Assembly (NCBI GenBank): GCA_964016885.1
Contig: OZ024763.1
Span: 8,184,001 to 8,248,000, forward strand
DNA length: 64,000 nt
DNA from: Eledone cirrhosa
Taxonomy: Eukaryota
Reading direction: 5' to 3'
The notes under the pieces are model-generated. The model was given only the letters and a program-made list of their open reading frames with translations. It searched no databases and was not told the DNA's origin. Each line of letters begins with the position of its first letter. The stretch's first letter is position 1. This document shows, piece after piece, positions 27,027-40,900 of the stretch. The translations under genes were made by a program, and so were the position numbers.

Positions 27027-27246
27027 CCCTTTAGCATTCACATTACTCTATATTTACTATTATATTTTCATGGTAAAGGCTTTACCTCGCATAATTATCT
27101 CACATAATATCGAATTTATGAGATTTTGAAAGTATTTATTTTGAGAACAATACCTTAACATCAGTTTGAGCAACCGGTTACAGCCAGTTTCAACAGAAAG
27201 AGGTAGAGAATTCTGGCCAGTTTTGGCTGGTTTGAACATTAAAGGG
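27027..27246. mobile_element. piggyBac-like MITE (partial copies ~16104-16260, 22150-22450, 56528-56625, 60140-60281)
   Basis: TTAA|CCCTTTAGCATT ... TAAAGGG|TTAA: TTAA target duplication and CCC-initiated TIRs. Confidence 0.7.
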
Positions 27247-27688
27247 TTAAGACATTTCTCTAGGAGAAAGTCTCTCTGATATAAAAACTGCGACTTCGTT
27301 TACATCCAATGATGGAGACCAGTTCTTCTTTTTGGGTAAATGTATTTGATGTTCAGAGAGTGGGATTGGCCCCGTGGAAAACCTTTCCTCACTTAAAAGA
27401 CCTTCAAGCACAGACATTGCTTGATATGTGACATTTTTTGCTATGCATAGGCAAGTCCTTAGCAGGACTAAAAAGCCACGTCTGTGATACTCATGATTAA
27501 GTATCAAGTTGCAGACATGATATATATATATGCATATATATATATATATATATATAATACACACATACAAACATACACACATGTGTATATCTGTATCTGT
27601 TGTACATAGGAAAGACAGTGCATGAGAAAGGAGGAGAGGGTGATACAGAGTGAGAGAGAGAAAGAAAAGAGAAAGAACCCCTCCATAC

Positions 27689-27844
27689 CTTAGAATTCCT
27701 GGAGAAAACAGCCGAGCACACCTCCTGTCCCTCATGTGCATGTTTAAAGGTGTTTATACATTTGTTGCTAACCCCATCCCACAGTTTGAGGTCACCATCT
27801 TTAGAGCTGGTCACATACAGGTGAGCATTCGGGCTCCATCTCAC
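27689..27844 (-). CDS. CSTF1: CSTF1 exon 10 ([52 protein letters not shown])
   Basis: tttcag acceptor, AAG|gtatgg donor; KLWDGVSN motif. Confidence 0.96.
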
Positions 27845-28134
27845 CTGAAAGAAATTAATTAAGACATCATCATCATCATCATAATCATCATCTTTATAAA
27901 TTACTGGTTTCTGATTTAGGCACAAGGCCAGCAATTTGGGGAGAGGGGGGAATCGATTGAATCAGCTCCAGTGTATGATTGAAAATAAGTACCAGCAGTA
28001 GCTGGGGGAAGTTAACCTTGCAATGGACTGGCGCCCTGACCAGGAGGAGGTGGTTGTCGTACTCTCAGTCACTTGAAACCAGTAAAACTGGGATAAGCTC
28101 TCATCGCATGATAGTGAGTGGTACTAGTTGTGTT

Positions 28135-28460
28135 GGGTGGTGGTAACACTGTGGTAATGGTGTGGTAGTGGTAATGTTGTGGAGGTGGTATTGTTGTAGT
28201 GGTGGTAACACTGTGGTAATGGTGTGGTAGTGGTAATGTTGTGGAGGTGGTATTGTTGTAGTGGTGGTAACACTGTGGTAATGGTAGTGTTGTGGAGGTG
28301 GTATTGTTGTAGTGGTGGTAACACTGTGGTAATGGTAGTGTTGTGGAGGTGGTATTGTTGTAGTGGTGGTAACACTGTGGTAATGGTAGTGTTGTGGAGG
28401 TGGTATTGTTGTAGTGGTGTTAATGTTGTGGAGGTTGTATTGTTGAGGTGGTGGTAATGA
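28135..28460. repeat. ~57-62-bp GGT-rich minisatellite
   Basis: gtggtaacactgtggtaatgg...gtggaggtggtattgttgta units. Confidence 0.85.
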
Positions 28461-28649
28461 TGTGGTCATGTCTGTGATATTGTAGAGACAATAGTGGTAC
28501 TGTAATGGTAGTAGTAGTTTAGTGTAGTATAGTGGTGGTGGTAGTGGTTCATTGTTGCAAGGTCGATTTAGATTTAAAAAGAAAAAGTACCATCCCTACC
28601 CCTTTAAAAGCCCTCAAAAGCTCCCAAAAGATAATACAATGTTATTTAC

Positions 28650-28729
28650 CGAAGTTATTGCTCCAATATGTTGATCAGCTGGATTCCCTGAGACAAAACA
28701 CTGGAATGTGTTCACGTCATACAATCGTA
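28650..28729 (-). CDS. CSTF1: CSTF1 exon 9 ([27 protein letters not shown])
   Basis: ttccag acceptor, TCG|gtaaat donor; [13 protein letters not shown]. Confidence 0.95.
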
Positions 28730-29363
28730 CTGGAAGATTTGAAAAGATTTAGATAAGTAAGTTACTTTTTATAGACAGGTGTGTTAATTTATAATCATAA
28801 TAATAATAATGAAATTATTGTGTACAGTACTAAGGTGCACTACAACTCATCAAAGGTGCATGTATAGTACATAGAATAATGTACAAATGTCAGGAAAGTG
28901 AACAGTGTATGAGGCATGACATACACACAGATACATGCATGTGTATGGAGAAGGAATATCAGGTGTGGTGTTGGTGAATTTCAAGGAGCATGGAGGTTTT
29001 GAAGGATGCAGTGTCTCAACAGCTAACAACTGATGCAGGGAGTTTGTTCCATATATCGTATACCAAACTAATCTGGGGCTCTTCTTCATCTTCTCCCACT
29101 TATTGCTGAGAAGGTCGTGGGGGCAGAGTCCTCAAACACTCCTTCCAGCAGTTCCTGTCAGAAGCAACTGTCTCCAACTGATCTGGCTGGATCGCCCAAG
29201 TGTGACCAGCCAAGCTCATGAATGTTATCTAACCATCTTGCTTGGGGTCTACCCCTGGCTCTCCAAAAACTAAATATATTCAACACTATAGCCATCATTA
29301 TTGCTGGCATTATGGCACAGGTTTACCACTGGTTGCTTGTAAGAAAGATGAACAGTTACTTAC

Positions 29364-29439
29364 AGACAGAATGTTGTGTTCCAACCAATATATATTCTCC
29401 AGACGGATGGAATGACAGACATCGAACTGGGGCTGACTC
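29364..29439 (-). CDS. CSTF1: CSTF1 exon 8 (ESAPVRCLSFHPSGEYILVGTQHSV)
   Basis: tcacag acceptor, T|gtaagt donor; SFHPSG..ILVGTQH. Confidence 0.95.
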
Positions 29440-29895
29440 CTGTGAAGAGAAGATGGGAGTGAGTGAGTGAGAGTGAGAGAGATAGACAGACACATGTTAA
29501 GAGATAGAGAGATGTTTACTGATAGAAAGTGAGAGAGAGATTTTAAGAGGAAGAGAAAAAGAGAAACACAAACTTGTTTATTGAGAGAGAGAGAGAGAGA
29601 CATGTCTAGAGAGAGGGAGAGAGATGTTTAGAAAGAAAGAGACTTATTTACAGAGAGAAATGTTTACTGAGAGAGAAAGATTTTATAAAATATCTCAAAG
29701 TCTTATTCCTTTTTACTTGAAAGGAAAGGCCGAGACCATGAAGCTTTTTCGGGGCTTCCAAGACTGGTAGGAGGCAACTGACCCATCAAGTAATGAGGCA
29801 GCTGGTCAACAAACCAATTAGCGAGCCAATCAAATAGCTAACCCCACCAACAGCACTGTTGCCCCAACCATCACCACCACCACCACCAAACTCAC

Positions 29896-30018
29896 CTGTA
29901 TACTCTTGTAAGCTTTCTTCACTGAAGGTTTTGAAAATTCAAAGAACTTCACACTGAAGTCTTTACTGCCAGAAACCAGGATCTGATGGAATGGGTGGAA
30001 GTCCAGTGATGTCACTTC
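29896..30018 (-). CDS. CSTF1: CSTF1 exon 7 ([41 protein letters not shown])
   Basis: ttacag acceptor, CAG|gtgagt donor; WD40 repeat. Confidence 0.96.
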
Positions 30019-30458
30019 CTGTAATAGAAATAACCAGAGTTCTAATAAAACAGAAGACACCTCTATGTCTATATGGATACACCATACTATATTATACTAC
30101 ATTATATTATACCATACTATATTATACCTCACTATATTACACAACACTGCACTACACCACACTACATTACATCACAACACACTACACTACATTACACTAC
30201 ACCACACCACATTACAATACAATACACTGCACTAGACCACATCACACTATACTACACAAAACCACACCACACCACACAACTCTATCCTTCACTACACACC
30301 AGTGATACTACAACATCAACAGTGTATATAGATGCACTAAACTATACCATACATTACTGACATTACCACTACCACCACTACACTATACCAAATATTACTA
30401 CTACTGCCACCAACACCACTAACAAAACCAAGATCAGTGTAGGAGAGACTCAACTCAC

Positions 30459-30581
30459 AGCATTATGGTCGTAGAGAGTCCGTATGACAGGGTGGTTTTC
30501 CATGGTTTGTTGTGGGGTTTCCAGGGCAATGATCTCAGCAGGAGTGGCACTCTTAGCCAGCATCCTCTCCACATCCAGAAT
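30459..30581 (-). CDS. CSTF1: CSTF1 exon 6 ([41 protein letters not shown])
   Basis: ttccag acceptor, gtgagt donor; diagnostic ERMLAKS and [12 protein letters not shown]. Confidence 0.96.
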
Positions 30582-31345
30582 CTGGAAAAGACAAACAATA
30601 AATAATTAAGGTAAAGGCTTGATGTGTATGGATGATGATTGTTGGGTGAGGAAGTACCAGGAGTTCTCAGTGGAAGGAAGCTACAGTAGAGGAAAACCAA
30701 GGCAGAAGAGATGATAGTAGATCTCAAAAAATTACAAAAATAGTTGAGTATAAATGATAATTGTTGGATGAAAAAGGGCCAAAAATGGATGGAAGCTGCA
30801 GCAGAGGAAGACTTGGGCAGATGGGTTGTCACGTTATAAGGTTAGACAGGTCAGATGACATCTTTCTTGCTCTTAGGCTCCATTTTTGCTAGGTTTTCTA
30901 CAGATTGGATGTTCTTTCCTAACGCCAACCACTTTACAGCATGGACTGAGAGCGTTTTGTCATGGCATCAGCTCTACAACCTTACAGAGTGGTTTGGGTG
31001 CTTTTTGTTATGGAACCAGTACAACTACATTACAGGTGCACTGGGTGCTTTTTGTCATAGCAGTAGCACGACCACAGTACTGAGAGTACTAGGTGCTTTT
31101 TGTCATGGCACTATCACTACCACATTACAAGGTGAACTGGGTGCTATCTGTCACGGCACTAACACTATCACCTTACAGGGTGTGCTTTTGTCAAGGTACT
31201 AGTATGACCACCTTACAGAGTAGACAGGGTGCTTTTTGTCCAAGCACTGGCACCAGCCTTTCAGGGTGAACTGGGTCCTAAAGTTTGTGGCATCAACATG
31301 ACTCCCTTAGATTGGTAGGTAGAAGGGTGTGGCCTGTTTTCTTAC

Positions 31346-31386
31346 CTTAATGGAAGCATCTTCGGATCCTGTGGCTATCAGCTGGC
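31346..31386 (-). CDS. CSTF1: CSTF1 exon 5 (GQLIATGSEDASIK)
   Basis: 41-nt exon, ttgtag acceptor and AAG|gtaag donor; WD40 ATGSxDASIK. Confidence 0.93.
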
Positions 31387-31556
31387 CTACAACAACAACA
31401 ACATCTTAAATATTAACTCTTTACCAGTTAGTGTTGAATCTTATTGGTGGTCAATTGATAGAAAAAGATGGTGTTAGTAGAAAAGGAACTTTGATAAATG
31501 GTTTTGAAGGTTGCAGAACTTTAGAAGATAAACTTCTAGGTAGACTTATGACTTAC

Positions 31557-31649
31557 CAGAATGGTGGAAGGCCCCAGCACGACAGGCAGCTTTGTGGGCA
31601 GTGACATAACAAGTCTCGTAGAGGGCAGCTTCTGGTGAAATTGTCTGGA
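31557..31649 (-). CDS. CSTF1: CSTF1 exon 4 (VQTISPEAALYETCYVTAHKAACRAGAFHHS)
   Basis: ttcag acceptor, G|gtaagt donor; YETCYVTxHK motif. Confidence 0.95.
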
Positions 31650-31699
31650 CTGAAGAATATAACAAGTAAACAAATAAATAACAATGACCACAACAACGA

Positions 31700-32130
31700 C
31701 AACAATAATGATTTCATTTATTGGCCACAAGGCCCGACATGTAGGGGACAATACAAAAACACGGACAGTGGGGGGGGGGGGGGGGTTTATAATAAGCTCG
31801 AGCAAAAGTGTACAATATCCAAACCAATTTAACAATGAAACTATAAAATAAACTATGAATAAACATAACAAAATAAATTCCCCAATAGGGGTGTGGACGA
31901 CCCAGGGGCGACTCAGGTACGCCACCAATCCTGAACCACCCGACGCTTCTAGAGCACCCCTCTCCTCCTCAAATTAACCAGCCTACAGGCGCATGGTCAG
32001 AGTAGGCCCACTCACATGGGCCATTCTCGCCACATTCATCCACCTTTTAGTACTGGAGGAGGCAGCACTTCTCTCTCCACCCTCACCTTCCTTTCCAGGT
32101 AAAACTTCAAGAAGTTGATAAGGGATTGGC
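31700..32130 (-). mobile_element. L1/Tx1-like LINE 3' end in CSTF1 intron 3 (3'UTR pieces also ~6945-7025, 10130-10195 on +)
   Basis: QSLINFLKFYLERKVRVEREVL / KRWMNVARMAHV...* (frameshifted), then a 3'UTR with AATAAA and an attatt tail. Confidence 0.6.
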
Positions 32131-32633
32131 TAATAATAATTGTTTCTACATTTGGCACAAGGCCAGCAATTATCCCAGTGCATTACTGGTACTTTATTTT
32201 ATCGACCCTGTAAGGATAAAAGGCAAAGTTAACCTCAGCGGGATTAGCTAATAATAATACATATAGAAATGAGAAAACTCATTGCTAGAACAGCTGTTGA
32301 AACATCCAAATGCTGTCAAAGACAAGTGATGGGCAAAACTGCCTCAATTTTGGAGAAGGGAAAAGTCAGTTAAATCTACCCCAGTACATTACTGGTAATT
32401 TATTTTATCAACCCCTGTAAGGATGAAAGGCAAAGCTAACTGTGGTGAGATTTGAACTCAGAACCAATCCATCGTATGTGTATATAACAGCTAGAAATGG
32501 CTTTCCTATTAAAAAGGTTATCCATCTCTGACATATAGATATAAATAAATGTATATCCATTGCCCCACAACAAAAAAAGAGAAAGTAACTGAGAGAGAGA
32601 GAGAGGAGAAATAGGTTGATTGGGAGCAACTGC

Positions 32634-32702
<69 letters not shown>

Positions 32703-32719
32703 AGGGTGTGTATATTCAC

Positions 32720-32797
32720 CATCTGTTTCATACTCCAAGTCGATACCGGTACCGGGCGTGACAGCTTCTGTAGGGACCTGCTGCTGGGGATTCTGGG
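32720..32797 (-). CDS. CSTF1: CSTF1 exon 3 (AQNPQQQVPTEAVTPGTGIDLEYETD)
   Basis: ccatag acceptor, G|gtgaat donor; conserved PGTGIDLE. Confidence 0.93.
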
Positions 32798-34049
32798 CTA
32801 TGGAGAGACAGAGAGGAAACAGGTGAGATATTGGGACATAATACAAGAGAGAGAGGGGGACCAGCACAGAAACAGAGAGAGGGGGGAGGTTAACATTGAC
32901 AGAGAAATCTGGGGCTGTTCTGTTTTAATACCATACAGTGTACTACAGGAATACATTAATTGATTCCTTTACTGGTGTCAGTCATTAGACTGGCCATACT
33001 GGGGCACCACATTCTTTTACTAGTGTCAGTCATTAGACTGGCCATACTGGGCACCACATTCTTTTACTGGTTTCAGTCATTAGACTATGGCCATGCTGGG
33101 GCACTGCCTTGATTTAGTTGATCATATTGACCCGGTACTAAATTTCTCAAGCCTGCTACATATGTAGAGACAGCCAGTCACATGTGGAGGTATTTCTACT
33201 AATGACCGAGCCATCTCATCACTACATGTCACATGTAGAGATATTTCTAGCCACAACCAACCCCCACCACTACCTCTACGACCATGACCACAAGCACCAC
33301 TACCTCCACCATCAACACTACCACTACCACCTCTATGACCATGACCACCACCACTACCTCCAACACCACCATAACTCCCACTACCTCCACCACCACCATC
33401 ACCATCAACACTACCACCACCACCTCTACGACCATGACCACCACCATCACCAACACCATGCCCACCACTACAACTAGAGACTCTATCCACTTCCTCATCT
33501 GACACAGGTCTACAGACCAGAACCTTCTCAAGTGCCAGGAAGAAAATCAGACAAATTGGTAAAATGCCAAACACTAACGACCACTTCAACCAGAATACAG
33601 CCATTTTCTACTTCATTATTATTATTATCATTAAGCTGTAATGAGCTCTTAATATCTGATATTAAATAGACACACATAGATGTATGTATATATATATATA
33701 GGTGTTCACATATGCGTGTGTGTGTGTGTGTATATGTATATATGTACACACATGCATATACCCATATATATATACATTTATGAAAAAAAACAACACATAA
33801 ACATCAATATTAGGACAACATGACCCTCTCCAAGCCCACACTGTAAAGTGGTCGTGTAAGCGACACAAGAAAAAGCACCCAGTCCACACTGTGAATGTGG
33901 TTGGTATCAAGAAGGGCATCCAGCTGTAGAAACCAAACCAAAATCAATTCTGTGTGAGCAAAACATGGTCCCGACTTGGTTGTCTCACACATGGAAAATG
34001 GACATTAAACGATGATGATGATATATATGTAAACATTATATATACATAC

Positions 34050-34177
34050 CTTCTTCAGCTTTCAGCCCAATCTGTAACAACTTCATGAGGCGGTCAGATG
34101 GTGGACAGGCTGGATAACACCGAACAGTTGTGGCCAGACTGGATGCAATTGTCTGATGACCATCATAAAACAGTTGG
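34050..34177 (-). CDS. CSTF1: CSTF1 exon 2 (SQLFYDGHQTIASSLATTVRCYPACPPSDRLMKLLQIGLKAEE)
   Basis: ttgtag acceptor, G|gtatgt donor; QLFYDG and CPPSDRL motifs of the N-terminal dimerization domain. Confidence 0.94.
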
Positions 34178-34975
34178 CTACAATAGAAAGTCTTACAGTT
34201 ACTTTAAAGTAGGGGTTAAAACATCATGAGTGAACCTCTACACAACCTATCTCTTGCTACTAGAAATAGCAGTCAAATCACTCCCCAAACTTCACTGTAC
34301 TTCAGAGGAGTAACTAGGGAAATTAACACTTATGGCAAGTAGTGAAATTATTCCCTTGCACCCCCAAACATCTGACATCCATCGTTCAGCTAAAAAATAC
34401 CAATAAACATTCTACAGGTATCCTTTATACCTAAGTATATGTGTTGTATTTGTAAAACTGTTAGTGTAAGGATGAAAGGCAAAGCTAACCTCGGAGGGAT
34501 TTGAACTCAGAACGTAAAGGGACACAGCTCTATGCCACTCTTATCGTAAAAAAAAAAAAAAAAGCATCATGGCGGTCTATTTTACCGGGACCGGCAAAAT
34601 AGCCTCTTCCAACATTAGATTTGTAATGTCCTTCTGAACGAATTGCGAACAATTTATAATACTATATATTGGATCGTCAAATATGAAATTTGTATAAATT
34701 TGTTTTTTGTCTACATATTTCTACAAATTTCATACTTGACGACCCCACTCGGCTGAGGCCATGCTGGGGCACCACCCTTGTAAAAGGATCGATCGACTTT
34801 CGTCAAATCGGTCCGAGGAAACAATGTTTCCGTTGGTCTTTCCAATTGGTAATACTACCTATCGGTCGCAACTCCAGGTAGAAGGAACAGCGTGAAATAA
34901 AGTGTCTTGCTCAAGGACATAACACATCGCCCGGTCCAGGAGTCGAACTCACAACCTCAAGATATATATATATAA

Positions 34976-35174
34976 AACAAAGAGGGTGTGGTAAGATACC
35001 AGGTGGACCACAACCCACTAGAGTATTTAATACTTAGGGTAGTAGAGTGGGTAATAGAAAAAAGTCAGGACCCCGACGGCTGAGCTCCGGCCGTTTCGAC
35101 AGCTAGATTCGAACAGTTCGGATCTAGCTGTCGAAACGGCCAGAGCTCAGCCGTCGGGGTCCTGACTATTTTCC

Positions 35175-35176
<2 letters not shown>
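34976..35176 (-). mobile_element. Fold-back element family 2, best copy (others ~843-950, 9486-9673, 11428-11627, 19022-19197, 23240-23446, 37323-37400, 43228-43394, 43479-43598, split copy 50571-50632/51437-51510)
   Basis: Shared ~80-nt tail (aacaaagagggtgtggtaag...gtactcaatacttagggtagtagagtgggtaa) followed by a hairpin whose centre differs between copies; nearly always abuts (TA)n. Confidence 0.75.
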
Positions 35177-35209
<33 letters not shown>

Positions 35210-36085
35210 TTGAGTCTTCTTAAATTTATGTTATTTATACAACTGTGAATAAAAGATATATCCCACATTTGATATATCATGTGGAATAAATTTTTATTAA
35301 ATCTCTCTTTTATGCGTTTATATTTATATATATCATTTGTTTTCGTTCTGTAACCATTATATTATTATAAACAGCGGTGGATTGGTAGTATCAGAAAAGG
35401 GTCGGACGCCATGTTTTGCGGCATAGAGTTACGGCCCTTTACGGTGTGAGTTAAAATCCCGCCGAGGTTAACTTTACCTTTCATCTAAAATAAAGTACCA
35501 GTAATGTACTGCAATAATTGCTGGCCTTGTGCCAAAAGTACAAACAATTATATTACTATAAACAACTGAATAAAAAATTATTTTGTCGGCGAGAAAGAGA
35601 ATTGGGATGTTTGAGAAAAAAATAAACTTAACTTTACATAGTTTGAGATATAATAATAAATATTACTTGAGATATAATAATATATATTACTTGAGATATA
35701 TTATTATATATTACTTGAGATATAATAATATATATTACTTGAGATATAATATAAATCGTTTGTGTTTTCGTTCTGTAAGTATATTATGTTATATTTTTAT
35801 ACAAGTATGTTGATTCAATAAAATTTAAATATTTAATATTTTTACTAATAGGAAATATTAAACAAAAGACCTTTTGAATAAAAGTCAGAGGGGTTGATAT
35901 TTTGAATAACATTCAGAGGGTTTAATATCTTAAATAAAGTCAGAGGGTTTAATATTTTGAATATTATTGAGGCAGAGAGAGAAAATGTTGGTTGATGAGA
36001 TATAAAGAGTTGTGTGGGATAAATTAGGGGACGGAATAACACTTGAAATCAATAAAAAAGACAGATAAAGCCCTTATTGATCTAC

Positions 36086-36138
36086 CTGACAATCAGCCGG
36101 TATAGATTTTCTCGAACTTTCGCTTCTATATCACCCAT
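36086..36138 (-). CDS. CSTF1: CSTF1 (cleavage stimulation factor 50 kDa) coding exon 1 (MGDIEAKVRENLYRLIV-)
   Basis: ATG at 36138, AG|gtagat donor (phase 2). LYRLIVS matches the CstF-50 N-terminal LYKLIISQL motif. Confidence 0.9.
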
Positions 36139-36290
36139 TCTTTTAGAGAAATAAACACGTGGAAGATTTGTAAACAGATTCAAAAGTTGCTGAACAAGAC
36201 AGACGTAAACCGACCGGTGATACACTGAAGATAATCGCCCCTCATCGGGAAGACCGGGTTGATATAAAAAAAGTGACGTTTCTTTAAGTC
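36139..36290 (-). promoter_or_regulatory. Probable CSTF1 5'UTR/proximal promoter
   Basis: Non-repetitive, CpG-containing segment directly upstream of the ATG, with a CACGTG E-box (~36155) and a TGACG half-site (~36274). Confidence 0.4.
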
Positions 36291-37234
36291 CAGGTCTGCC
36301 CAGACATTTTCAAACGCGGAACCCTTTTTTGGTTTAGAAACTTTTGGTAGGACCCCAAAGTCTAATACTGTTATATCATCATAATATAAATATACTCCGT
36401 TACCTTTTATCTCGGAACCCTAGATACTCCTTTGCCGAACCACTTTGGGAACTACTATTCTAGAGTATTTTATAAAATAATATATATATAATTTTCAAAA
36501 CCATTTCTAAAAAAAGCAACGATCCTGTACAGGAATATTGTCTGTTAAATGAACTGATGGCCTCTGGAAGTATGAAAAAAAAAGGGTTAACTTGGGCAGA
36601 TTTTAAAATCAGAACATAAAGAACACAACGAAAGAGTACCGGCTCTGTTTTGTCTGGCACTCCATCGATTCTCTTATCACTTGACATGAACAGAGATTGA
36701 GTTCTGGTAGAGAGGAATGGTGTTCCTTTGATACTAGAACTTATGCAGGACCTCTACATGGTTTCAAAGCCTGCTAGAAACAGCAGCTAACTTTCTTGCT
36801 GTCTTTAATAAAAGACAGGTTGGTCACGACTGGAATTTATATGAGAGTTTACATATATTTTCTTGCTCGAAAGATGGCACGTAGCGACAAATACTGAGTT
36901 TATCATCTTTTGGCGAATAAATAAACTCTACATGTATTGAGTAACTTTTCATTCACTTCCATATACAAACATAATTTATGTATATATTTAGAGATTTAAA
37001 TCGTAAACGTTTGTGAATACAAGAGGGTGAAAGTACTCAATATAAACAAATAAGTGTGCATATTATTTATTAGAAACCTGAGCCCTTTACAAATGATTAC
37101 ATCAAGTTTTCTCTCTAGGCAAACAGACCAGTAATTTACGTATCGTTAACTATATAATTTGTTACACCAGAAATTTTGTAAGGAACCAGAACTCACACTT
37201 CTCAAAGCTTCTTATTTCAATAAATAGTTAAATT

Positions 37235-37303
<69 letters not shown>

Positions 37304-37929
37304 GTGTGTGTGTGTGTATTATAAAGAGTCGGGACCCTACGGCTGAGCTGTTGCCGTTTCAACAACTAGTTCCAGACTAGTATCGAGTACTCTGTTGAAT
37401 AATAGTCTAACCAGTTTCAAATTGAATACATCCTTATTTATATATACACACATGTAAACACACACATAAGATATATATACACACAAATATATATATATAT
37501 AAACACATACACATATATATAGACAAACACACATACTCATATACACATCCACTTTACTGTGAAACCCAATATTAAAAATATGTCTTCCCCCCAACGTTAT
37601 TTTGTCACTCTCTCTCAAAATAATACCTCTCTCTCAAAATAATACCCCTCTCTCACTAAATTATTATACCTTTCTCACCCTCTCTATATACCACTACATT
37701 CCCCCCTCTCTTTCTAAACCACAAAAAAATTCTTCCCCTCTCTATATAGCACTACATACCTCACTCTCTTAATTCTCCCTCTCTCACTGGGCCAATAAAC
37801 TCTCACCCCTCTCTATAACCCATTACATACCTCACTCTCTTTCATAATTCCCCCTCTCTCACTAGAACACCAAATTATCTCCCCCTCTCTATATTCCACT
37901 ACATACCTTACTCTCTTATTCTTTTAATT

Positions 37930-40900
37930 CCCCCTCTCTCACTAAACCAACAAACTCTCTTCCCCTCTCTATATTCCACTACGTAACCCACTCCCTTTCA
38001 CTCTCTTAATTCCCCCTCCCTCACTAAACCAACAAACTCTCTCCCCCCTCTCTATATTCTACTACCTAACTCACTCTCTCACAATTCCCCCTCTCTCACT
38101 AAACCAACAAACTCTCCCCCCCCTCTCTATATTCTACTACATAACTCACTCTCTCACAATTCCCCCTCTCTCACTAAACCAACAAACACTCTCCCCCTCT
38201 CTATATTCTACTACATAACTCACTCTCTCACAATTCCCCCTCTCTCATTAAACCAACAAACTCTCTCCCCCTCTCTATATTCTACTACGTAACCCACTCC
38301 CCTTCACTCTCTTAATTCCCCCTCTCTCACTAAACCAACAAACTCTCTCCCCCTCTCTATATTCTACTACATAACTCACTCTCTCACAATTCCCCCTCTC
38401 TCACTAAACCAACAAACTCTCCCCCCTCTCTATATTCTACTACATAACTCACTCTCTCACAATTCCCCCTCTCTCACTAAACCAACAAACACTCTCCCCC
38501 TCTCTATATTCTACTACATAACTCACTCTCTCACAATTTCCCCTCTCTCATTAAACCAACAAACTCTCTCCCACTCTCTATATTCCACTACGTAACCCAC
38601 TCCCCTTCACTCTCTTAATTCCCCCTCCCTCACTAAACCAACAAACTCTCTCCCCCTCTCTATATTCTACTACATAACTCACTTTCTCACAATTCCCCCT
38701 CTCTCACTAAACCAACAAACTCTCTCCCCCTCTCTATATTCTACTACATAACTCACTCTCTCACAATTCCCCCTCTCTCATTAAACCAACAAACTCTCTC
38801 CCCCTCTCTATATTCTACTACGTAACCCACTCCCCTTCACTCTCTTAATTCCCGCTCTCTCACTAAACCAACAAACTCTCTCCCCCTCTCTATATTCTAC
38901 TACATAACTCACTCTCTCACAATTCCCCCTCTCTCACTAAACCAACAAACTCTCTCCCCCTCTCTATATTCTACTACATAACTCACTCTCTCACAATTCC
39001 CCCTCTCTCACTAAACCAACAAACTCTCTCCCCCTCTCTATATTCTACTACATAACTCACTCTCTCACAATTCCCCCTCTCTCATTAAACCAACAAACTC
39101 TCTCCCCCTCTCTATATTCTACTACGTAACCCACTCCCCTTCACTCTCTTAATTCCCGCTCTCTCACTAAACCAATAAACTCTCTCCCCCTCTCTATATT
39201 CTACTACATAACTCACTCTCTCACAATTCCCCCTCTCTCACTAAACCAACAAACTCTCTCCCCCTCTCTATATTCTACTACATAACTCACTCTCTCACAA
39301 TTCCCCCTCTCTCACTAAACCAACAAACTCTCTCCCCCTCTCTATATTCTACTACATAACTCACTCTCTCACAATTCCCCCTCTCTCACTAAACCAACAA
39401 ACTCTCTCCCCCTCTCTATATTCTACTACATAACTCACTCTCTCACAATTCCCCCTCTCTCATTAAACCAACAAACTCTCTCCCCCTCTCTATATTCTAC
39501 TACGTAACCCACTCCCCTTCACTCTCTTAATTCCCCCTCTCTCACTAAACCAACAAACTCTCTCCCCCTCTCTATATTCTACTACATAACTCACTCTCTC
39601 ACAATTCCCCCTCTCTCATTAAACCAACAAACTCTCTCCCCCTCTCTATATTCTACTACATAACTCACTCTCTCACAATTCCCCCTCTCTCACTAAACCA
39701 ACAAACTCTCTCCCCCTCTCTATATTCTACTACATAACTCACTCTCTCACAATTCCCCCTCTCATTAAACCAACAAACTCTCTCCCCCTCTCTATATTCT
39801 ACTACGTAACCCACTCCCCTTCACTCTCTTAATTCCCCCTCTCTCACTAAACCAACAAACTCTCTCCCCCTCTCTATATTCTACTACATAACTCACTCTC
39901 TCACAATTCCCCCTCTCTCACTAAACCAACAAACTCTCTCCCCCTCTCTATATTCTACTACATAACTCACTCTCTCACAATTCCCCCTCTCTCATTAAAC
40001 CAACAAACTCTCTCCCCCTCTCTATATTCTACTACGTAACCCACTCCCCTTCACTCTCTTAATTCCCCCTCTCTCACTAAACCAACAAACTCTTTCCCCC
40101 TCTCTATATTCTACTACATAACTCACTCTCTCACAATTCCCCCTCTCTCACTAAACCAACAAACTCTCTCCCCCTCTCTATATTCTACTACATAACTCAC
40201 TCTCTCACAATTCCCCCTCTCTCATTAAACCAACAAACTCTCTCCCCCTCTCTATATTCTACTACGTAACCCACTCCCCTTCACTCTCTTAATTCCCCCT
40301 CTCTCACTAAACCAACAAACTCTCTCCCCCTCTCTATATTCTACTACATAACTCACTCTCTCACAATTCCCCCTCTCTCATTAAACCAACAAACTCTCTC
40401 CCCACTCTCTATATTCCACTACGTAACCCACTCCCCTTCACTCTCTTAATTCCCCCTCCCTCACTAAACCAACAAACTCTCTCCCCCTCTCTATATTCTA
40501 CTACATAACTCACTTTCTCACAATTCCCCCTCTCTCACTAAACCAACAAACTCTCTCCCCCTCTCTATATTCTACTACATAACTCACTCTCTCACAATTC
40601 CCCCTCTCTCATTAAACCAACAAACTCTCTCCCCCTCTCTATATTCTACTACGTAACCCACTCCCCTTCACTCTCTTAATTCCCGCTCTCTCACTAAACC
40701 AACAAACTCTCTCCCCCTCTCTATATTCTACTACATAACTCACTCTCTCACAATTCCCCCTCTCTCACTAAACCAACAAACTCTCTCCCCCTCTCTATAT
40801 TCTACTACATAACTCACTCTCTCACAATTCCCCCTCTCTCATTAAACCAACAAACTCTCTCCCCCTCTCTATATTCTACTACGTAACCCACTCCCCTTCA

